From Nymphaea colorata (Eukaryota): DNA of 64,000 bases. Below, in pieces: positions 27,871 through 36,800 of this stretch; position 1 is the stretch's first letter, and each line of letters begins with the position of its first letter. The notes below the pieces were generated by a model, which was given only the letters and a program-made list of their open reading frames with translations, was not told the origin of the DNA and ran no database searches. The stretch covers positions 12,834,001-12,898,000 of the forward strand of contig NC_045138.2 in assembly GCF_008831285.2 (NCBI RefSeq), written 5' to 3'. The position numbers and the translations under genes are program-made.

Positions 27871-30800
27871 ATCCATTGTGATCCCTATTAGGTCTAATCC
27901 CTTCTTTAAGTAGGGATTAGTAAAAAATTATAATGACATCCAACATATTTAAGAAGTTCCTAAAAGAAGATCACATAAATATAAATTCTATCTACCCCTT
28001 CACAATAACGTGTATTATTACTCAATACTCCTCAATTTGGAGCATAGATATCAATTATGTTCAGTTTGGTGCAACACTTGAAAAACCTTGAACTTGTAAG
28101 AGGTTTGGTGCTTCCCAAGTTTTGCATTTTTATACAGCATGGAGTTTGACATTCATGGTTTCTCTCTTAGAATCTAGTGCAGCTTCATCAGGTTCATTAT
28201 ATGAGTGGATGATAGCTAAACTTTGCATAAATTTGAGAGAAGGAAAATTCGTAGATAACAAATCTGTGGGGTGACCTTGTATGTCTTTAAATATTCTAAT
28301 ATACAGTTCTGTATTTATATTATCTCTAGAACCTCCTCTAGTTGTTTGTCTTCTGGGACAGGTAATTAGTATTAAGATCCACGTCTGGATCTGGATCCAG
28401 ATCGTCTGATTCATGTCTGACTTGTATGTTTATTCTGTCTTGTTTTAGAGATGTTTAATTAGTGGCATACATGTAATATTTATGTTGTGTCATATTTTTT
28501 GTCAATGGTGTAATTGTATTTAGGTAATAAAATATAGGGTTTAGAGGCATGCTGGGTTAATCGCTGCCCCAACCTTGCATCATCCCTCTTTTCCTTCTTC
28601 TCTGTTTTCTGCTCATATTAAGTGTGAACTAAGGTAATTCAAAGAAGCAAGATATCTAGAATCTTTCATGGAGCCAGTTTTGCTAGATTCTACTGAAGGT
28701 ATGCACAAAGAGATCCAAGTTTTGTTCTTCCAGTCAAGAGATTGAATCCTTCCTTCTTTTCCTTTATTTCTGTTGCTGAATCGTGTGATTCCTAAGTCTT
28801 TCTCTCTCCCTATCTTTTCTGTCGTCTATTCTTAAATTTCAGAGTCTCCTACTTTTCTGTCGTCTTGGGCTGTTGCTTTCTGTCGAGAACCACATTCTTC
28901 CTTGCTTACCTTTTGCAATCTGTTCTGTTCTTCTCCTAAATAAGAAAATGGCATTGTTGAATCTGATCCTGATCAACGGCCTTGTTCAGAAGTCTGTACT
29001 TCCAACTGTTTTTACTTCCTCTTGTTTCCAAGTGTTGTAAGCTTTCTTTGTGATTCCTGATCTGAGATAACATTGTTCTTTTGTTAAGTCCTTTCATGTT
29101 ATTCTTGGTTGTTTTTTGCTCTTACTCTTCTTTTTTCAATCAGCAGTAGAAAATAGGTATTTATCGGACACAACTTTCAGCATACTGTGGACAAGTAGAC
29201 TCTACTAGTTCTGCCCTTTGTCCCTGAAACTTGTTTCTCTTCCAGCAGAAAAAAAAAGGAAAACAAGTTCCCACCTTGCAAATATATTTGTCCAATTAGG
29301 CCCATTGAGGGTCTGCTGATTGATTAAGGTGAAATTTTTCATATTGTCTTATATTCTTGGTTTCCTCTTGTTTTCATTTTTATCGTGATGAATTCTTTTT
29401 TAAGTTCCGGTCTGTCTACCACTTTCTTGAATCAACTTGCCAGTTGTCACTGTAAAGCTCACCCATTCCAATTTCTTGACTTGGAAGAGGCAAATACTTC
29501 CTTTATATAGAGCTAGGATCTCAATGAGCATCTTGATGGTTCTACTCCCACACACCATAGTTTATTGTTTAGGAAACTAAGGATGAGAAGGGTACTACAT
29601 CTTCCAAGCCTATGAAAAATTTAGAATACACAACATGGAGAAAGCGTGATCAGTCTTTGGGCACTTACATCACGTTAACACTTTCCCAAAAAGTGTTGGC
29701 CACTCCTCAGATGACTATACTGCAGAAGGATTGTGGAGTCATCTATCTCAAACATATAGATATGGGAGGCACAAGTTTTGTTATTGAAGAAAGAATTCCG
29801 AAATTTAAGGAAAGGTTCGATGGAGTCTATAGGTCCTATGAAGGGGACCACCGATCACTTGGCAGTCATTGAGAGTGCTATTTCAGACAAAGACAAAGTT
29901 CAACAACTCATCTGTTGAAAGTAGAAAGTTTGGCTTTAAATGTGGTAGTTAGTTGAATATTTAAAAGTTAGGGTTCTCTTATGTCATTTCAATATTTTAT
30001 GTGTCCTCCGTTTGTAACTGTTACAGCCGTGCCCTAATCTCTCTTTTAGTAGAGATTAGTGTACGAGATTGAGTAAGAAGTTTTACCGCCTCTCTCTCTC
30101 TCTTTCTTTCTCTCGTTCTCCCCTTCCCTATTACGCAACATGGTATCAGAGCCACGACTCAAGCTGCTGGCGTGATCGGCTCAAGCTGCAGGCGTGATCG
30201 ACTCAAGCTGTTGGCGTCATCGACTCTGTGTTCTGGCGTGATCGTTTCTTGCCCATCTTGCATACGAGAATATCTCAGACTTACGAGAACACCTCAAGCT
30301 GTTGCTGGAGTAATCTCTAACTTATCTCATATTCTCTGCTGTGTAGAGGAGGACCTGATCTCGCCTATGTGGAAGGCGTGATCAGATCCTCACGTGGAGT
30401 ATTTGGATATTTTTTTATGTGCTGGTCATGGATACTGTTTAGAGTGTTGAACGTTTAAGTGTTGAAGAAACGTTGATATGCTGTCTGTAGTTGTGGTTTG
30501 AGGGATGATCAGAAATTCTGGTGAAGCAAAATAGATGCAGAATTTATCTACGCAAGATGTGGAATGTTAGAAGCAGCGGCAGACTTCATTTATAAGTTCT
30601 GTTTTCCAGCAAGTTTATTCCCTGTCGTTTCCTGTGTAGTTTCAGCAAATTTTCTTTCCAGCAAGTTGTCCGTTTTCTCCTTTTTCCTTGCTGTTTTGGG
30701 GGTTGTTGAAAGAGGCTGCGTGACTGTTCTTTGTTCTGTTCCTGAAGGCTGCGTGAAATTGCTGCATATATATATATTTCATTTTGGTCGTCCCATTCTT

Positions 30801-33800
30801 GCTGTGATTTATGATGGCTGAGAACCAAAGATTGGAGGGTGGTAATGATCATAAAGGAGTTGGAAATCCCTTTTCCTATGGATCTACAGTTAAATTAGAT
30901 GGACACAACTATGAGTTGTGGTCTAGATCCTTTATGTTGTCAGTAAAAGGACATCGAAAGAGACACATTATTGAAGAGGATGAACCTCTTAACAAGACAG
31001 ACAAGTACATAACCTGGGAAGAGGACGACAGCATGGTTATGTCTTGGATTATGAATAGTGTCCAACCCCAAATTGCTTCTACTATTACTTACTATACTAC
31101 TGCGAAGGAGATGTGGGACTTCCTTAGACAGACATATTCTCAAGATAAGAATGTAAGTAAAATCCTTCAAATTGAAGAAGAGTTGCACAACCTCCGACAG
31201 GGAAATCAAGATTTATCTCAATACTTTGCAACAGTGAAAGCTACTTATGAACGTCTGAAATTTTTGCGTCCTCCTTGCAAATCGTGTTATAAGTCACATT
31301 TTGAACCTACTATGGTTGCGAAGTTTCTTGCTGGTCTCTCCCCTGAGTATGCTTCTGCTAAGGATCAAATGCTCACTGGAAGTGAAATTCCTGAGCTCTC
31401 TGATGCATACAACAGACTTAGCCGTCTTGCTGTTAGCCTGTCTCAACCAACTGGTGTGACGCCTACCTCTGCTTCTGCTCTTGCTGTGGGGGGTGGTCGC
31501 GGTCATAGCTCCACCTATAGTGTCAGAGGAAGAAATATAGGTCGTGGAACTGGGGGCCGTGGGAGGTTCCAATGTACCTATTGTGGAAAGATTGGACACT
31601 TAGAGGATCGCTGTTGGGATAAACATGGTCGCCCATCCTCTTTGTCGCAAGGAAGAAATATAGTCATCAAACAGGGCAAGAGTCCTACTCACTTATCTAT
31701 GGGTTCTGCACAGACTGCCACTCCTACAGTGGAGGACGCTTCGTCTAGTATAGCGCCAGAGACAGTTACAGTCAGCATTGACAGAGTTGAGTACGAGCAA
31801 TTTTTAGCGCACAAAGCCTCACAGGCTTCAGCTTCTATAGCGTTGACCGATCGAGCCTTTTCAGCGGGTCCTTCCACATCTGACTCAGGTACTTTGTGGA
31901 TTATTGATTCAGGAGCATCGAGACATTTCTGCAGTAGCCCTGGGTGGTTTACTACTCTACATAAATTTCCTCAGCCACGTCATGTCAAAATTGCAGATGG
32001 TAGACTGTCACCCGTATTGGGCTATGGAAATGTGAAACTTTCTCAGTCTATGACTATTTCACATGTTTTATATGCTCCTAACTTTCCATCTCATTTACTC
32101 TCGGTTAAACAGTTGACTACTGATTTACACTGTCGTGTTATTTTTGACCCTGGTTCATGCTCATTTCAGGACTTGCAAACTGGGAAGACGATTGGTGGCG
32201 GCTATGAGAAAGGGGGAGTCTACATCCTGTCGGCTCCAATGGGTCTTGCAGCTACCGCGTCTACATCAGAGTCTACAATCTTCCAGTGGCATCTCCGGCT
32301 TGGTCACCCTTCAGCACCCAAGCTTCGTTCTCTCCTGCCTAAACTTTCAGTTCCAGAGTCTTTCCAGTGTGAGGCATGTCAACTTGGCAAGCACACACGT
32401 AGTAGTTTTCCTTCGAGTCTTAGTCCTTCAAGTCAAGGGTTATTTGATCTTCTTCATGTTGATGTGTGGGGGCCTAGCAGGGTTGCTAGCCGAGATAGGT
32501 TTAGGTACTTTCTTGTCGTTGTTGATGATTATTCTCGAGTCAGTTGGGTATTCCTGTTGAAGGAAAGGTCTGAAGTAATTTGTATTCTCAAAAACTTGAT
32601 TATTGAAATAAAGACTCAATTTAGTTCTGTGGTTAAGTGTATTCGCACTGATAATGCTCTTGAGTTCAAATCATCTATCTTAATGACCTTTTATGCTGAA
32701 AATGGTATCTCTCCCCAATTTACATGTCCTCATACCTCACAACAGAATGGAGTTGCCGAACGAAAACATCGGCAACTTCTAACTCTTGCTCGAACCCTAA
32801 TGCTTCATAATCACGTACCTGCATACTTATGGGGTGATGCCATTCTCATGTCTTGTTACCTGACCAATCGTTTGCCATCATCCTCCATTGACAACAAAGT
32901 ACCTATTAAACTTGTTTATCCCAATCGAAGCTTGTTTTCCGTTGCACCAAAAGTTTTTGGTTGTACCTGTTTTGTTCATATTCTTGGGCCTAAACGTGAT
33001 AAACTTGCTGCTCAAGCCATTAAGTGTGTGTTCATTGGCTACCCCCGAAACCAAAAAGGGTACAAGTGCTTTGATCCGGTAACTCACAAAGAGTATATCA
33101 GTGCGGATGTCACTTTTTTCGAGGAGCGGTCTTACTTTAATCCTCTTACCTCTACATCATCTGAAATGCCATGTCCTATCCCTTTACCTATCCCACCTAT
33201 CCCGTTGCAATCCTTTCCATCTCCTACGCTGACTATGAATAGGTTTCAGGATCCTCCATTGGTCTACACTCGGCGACAGGACCCCTCTCATGGTCGACCA
33301 TCAGACTCTTCTCAAGATGTGAGCTCCACTGAAGTAAGTATACCTGATGTTGTTCCTTCAAATGACTTGCCTATAGCCCTGCGCAAAGGCAAGAGACAGT
33401 GTACCATGCATCCTATCTCTCACTTTGTTTCCACTGCCCATCTTGATGATAACTTACAACAGTTTCTTAAGGCTATGGCAGTTCATACAGTCCCAACTAG
33501 TCATCAACAGGCCTTACTCGATTGTAAATGGCGAACAGCTATGCAAGATGAGATGGATGCCCTCGTACAGCGTGGTACCTGGGAGTTGGTCGATCCACCT
33601 GACGACTGTGACATTGTTGGCGCCAAATGGGTATTTACAGTCAAATATCATTCAGATGGATCATTAGAGCGATACAAGGCTCGATTAGTGGCTAAAGGTT
33701 ACACTCAGACATACGGGGTTGACTTCTTTGAGACGTTCTCTCCAGTGGCAAGATTGGGCACTATTCGTCTTATTATTTCAGTTGCGGTTCACTCGGATTG

Positions 33801-36800
33801 GCCTATGTATCAGCTTGATGTGAAGAATGCCTTTTTGTATGGTGATCTTGAGGAGACCGTGTATATGCAACAACCTCCAGGGTTCGAGAAACAGGGGGAG
33901 TGTAGTAAAGTGTGTCGGTTGAAGAAGGCTATCTATGGACTTAAACAAAGTCCCAGGGCATGGTTCCACAAATTATCAGAGGTAGTTTCACAGTGTGGAT
34001 TTGAACGATCTCCTTTGGATCATTCTCTATTCATCAAGAAGACCTCTACAGGTATTGTTGTCATGATAGTATATGTTGATGACATTATTCTGACAGGTGA
34101 TTGTGGTCAAGAAATATCTGTTACTAAGGCCTTCCTTCAAAAACATTTTGTCACGAAGGATCTTGGTCACTTGAGATATTTTCTTGGAATTGAAGTTGTG
34201 GAGAACAAAGAAGGTGTAGCATTGTCTCAAAGGAAGTATGTCCTTGATCTTCTGCAAGACACAGGGATGCTAGGGACCAAGCCGGCTAATCTCCCGATGA
34301 ATCCTCGTATTCATCTTCATGATGATCAATCAGAACTAGTAGATTCCCGATCTTACAGGTCTCTTATTGGAAAACTGCTTTATGTTACTGTAACAAGACC
34401 AGATATTAGCTTTGCTGTTGGAAAATTAAGTCAGTTTATGGAAAAACCTAGAAAAGTCCACTGGGATGTGGCGTTGATGGTGTTGAAATATCTAAAATCT
34501 TCCCCAGGCAGAGGTCTCTTCTTTAAGAAAGGTGAATATCTAGATGTTGTTGCTTACAGTGATGCTGACTATGCAGGGTCTGTTGATGATAGAAGGTCAA
34601 CAACTGGCTTCTGTGTCTTTGTTGGGGGTAATCTCATATCATGGAGAAGCAAGAAACAAAATGTGGTCTCTAGATCAAGTGCAGAATCTGAATATAGAGC
34701 AATGGCTCAAACAGCTACTGAGATGACGTGGATTAAATCTATGCTAACGAATATGAGTATTCATGTTCCTCTTCCTATGAGAATGTATTGTGATAACAAG
34801 GCTGCTACTTATATTGCAAACAATCCAGTATTTCATGAAAGAACTAAGCACATTGAGGTGGATTGTCATTACATTCGTGATCTTATAAAAGAAGGTGTAG
34901 TGTCTACAGTTCATGTAGCTTCTGAAGACCAAGCCGCAGATATGTTTACGAAAGCTCTTCCGATTGGTGATTTCTCTAGATGTTGTGACAAGCTGAGCAT
35001 GGTTGACATCTATGCTCCAGCTTGAGGGGGAGTGTTGAAAGTAGAAAGTTTGGCTTTAAATGTGGTAGTTAGTTGAATATTTAGAAGTTAGGGTTCTCTT
35101 ATGTCATTTCAATATTTTATGTGTCCTCCGTTTGTAACTGTTACAGCCGTGCCCTAATCTCTCTTTTAGTAGAGATTAGTGTACGAGATTGAGTAAGAAG
35201 TTTTACCGCCTCTCTCTCTCTCTTTCTTTCTCTCGTTCTCCCCTTCCCTATTACGCAACATCATCAATGGTCTGGGTCCTGATTTTAATATGCTTACTAA
35301 ACCACTACAATGCTTACATCAGCTCCCTACTTTTGATGTGTTATAGGCAAAGCTACTCCAAGATGAGAATACTATGAAATAATAAGCAGAGGAAAATGAC
35401 ACAGCTAATTTGACATTTAAGTGCTTGACACATATACTTGTACACATTTTGGATGGGGGAGTGGAGAAAATCAGGAAGGCAGAGGTTGAGGCCAGTTTAA
35501 GAAAGGAGGGGGTGGCATTCCCTACCCCCAATATTCTAGGTGGAAATAATGCAGGGAATCAAAGAAGAGTACCCACATGTTTTCAGTGCAACAAGGATTA
35601 TTCCATTGCTCAGGTTGGTAGTGCACCCAACCCTATATCCAAGTCTTCACTCTCTTTATCTGATGATCTTTTTACTCCTAAGTCCAAACATTAGTTGTTT
35701 TGTTTTTTGTAGTTGTGTAATTATAATGTAGGTTTAATTCTCATAAATTAAAATGATTTGATCATCTGTAGTTGGCATTTGGTTGTAATTTCATAAATAT
35801 TATTGAAATTTTCATTAATTTGTAGTAGAAAATACAATGCAAAGATTTATGGCTTGACTTGGCTGAGTTGCCGAGTCAACTCATCGGCCCGGTGACCATG
35901 CTTCCCGATCCGAGTCCAATTCACGACTTTGCCAACTATGATTCACAAGAGAACGTGTGTTAGTCTTGTTGCAAAGTTTACTTTTTTTTTTCAGAAAATA
36001 AGTGTTTAAGTTGTTAACTCTGCAAGTATAATGTTCTTCCTTTCCATGTTATCGATAAAAGAGATTTTAAGCTATTTGAAATAGCATGTTATGATGTTTA
36101 GAGACCTGCTCTGGTTTCTTCTTTATCTAGAAGTCGATACTATGTTATTTCCATTGATTCTTAGTTTCGATATACTTGGATAGATTTTATGAAGCATAAG
36201 CATGAGGTGTTCCAAATATTTTGAGCCTTCTACCTAATGGTCCAAACTAAGTTTTCCTATAATGTCAGGCACTTACAATGTGATGGTGGAGAAGAGTATT
36301 CATCAAATGAATTTGTTATCTTTTTTCATAATAATGGAATAAGTTGGCAAGTTTCTTCCCCACATACCCCACAACAAAATGGGTTTGTGGAGGGGAAGCT
36401 CAGACATATTGTAGAGAGTGCAATGGGTATGTTACATGACATTCATGTGCCCATCTCTTTGGACAGAGGTTTTTCACGTGGGTTTATGTTATAAACCGTC
36501 TCCCTATGTCAATATTGGACTATAAGTCCCCTATCTTATGATGAGTTGTCACGTTTTTTGGTACATTTGTTATGTACATATTGACTCGTCAAAAACAATT
36601 TTCATGCCAAATGTAAGTTTGTAGGATCTGTAGATCACTCCAAAGGATACCAGTGTTGATCTTACTAGTAGGTGCATCGAGACTTCCAAGAATGTTGTTT
36701 TGTATGAGCAGAATATTGAAAATGATTCGAGCAGTTGTCTTCTAGCCTTTGTCACATGGGTGCAGGTTGTAGGTACTAGTGTGGGTGGGGATGCAGGTGT

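Larger units (their letters stand above)
29430..36740 (+). mobile_element. Decayed copia relic, related to the 21338-26452 family, hosting the 29913-35260 element
   Basis: Gag fragments KLTHSNFLTWKRQI and SDKDKVQQLI|NGLGPDF join across the young element's TSD. RRVPTCFQCNK occurs near 35570 and the integrase piece LQCDGGEEY...PHTPQQNG at 36237-36494. There are many stops and frameshifts, and the outer boundaries are approximate. Confidence 0.8.

Noticed and set aside
21675..34932. Short antisense and alternate-frame ORFs within the two copia elements, as env-like or extra genes
   Set aside because: All are short shadows overlapping gag-pol, and there is no spare sequence between pol and the 3' LTR.
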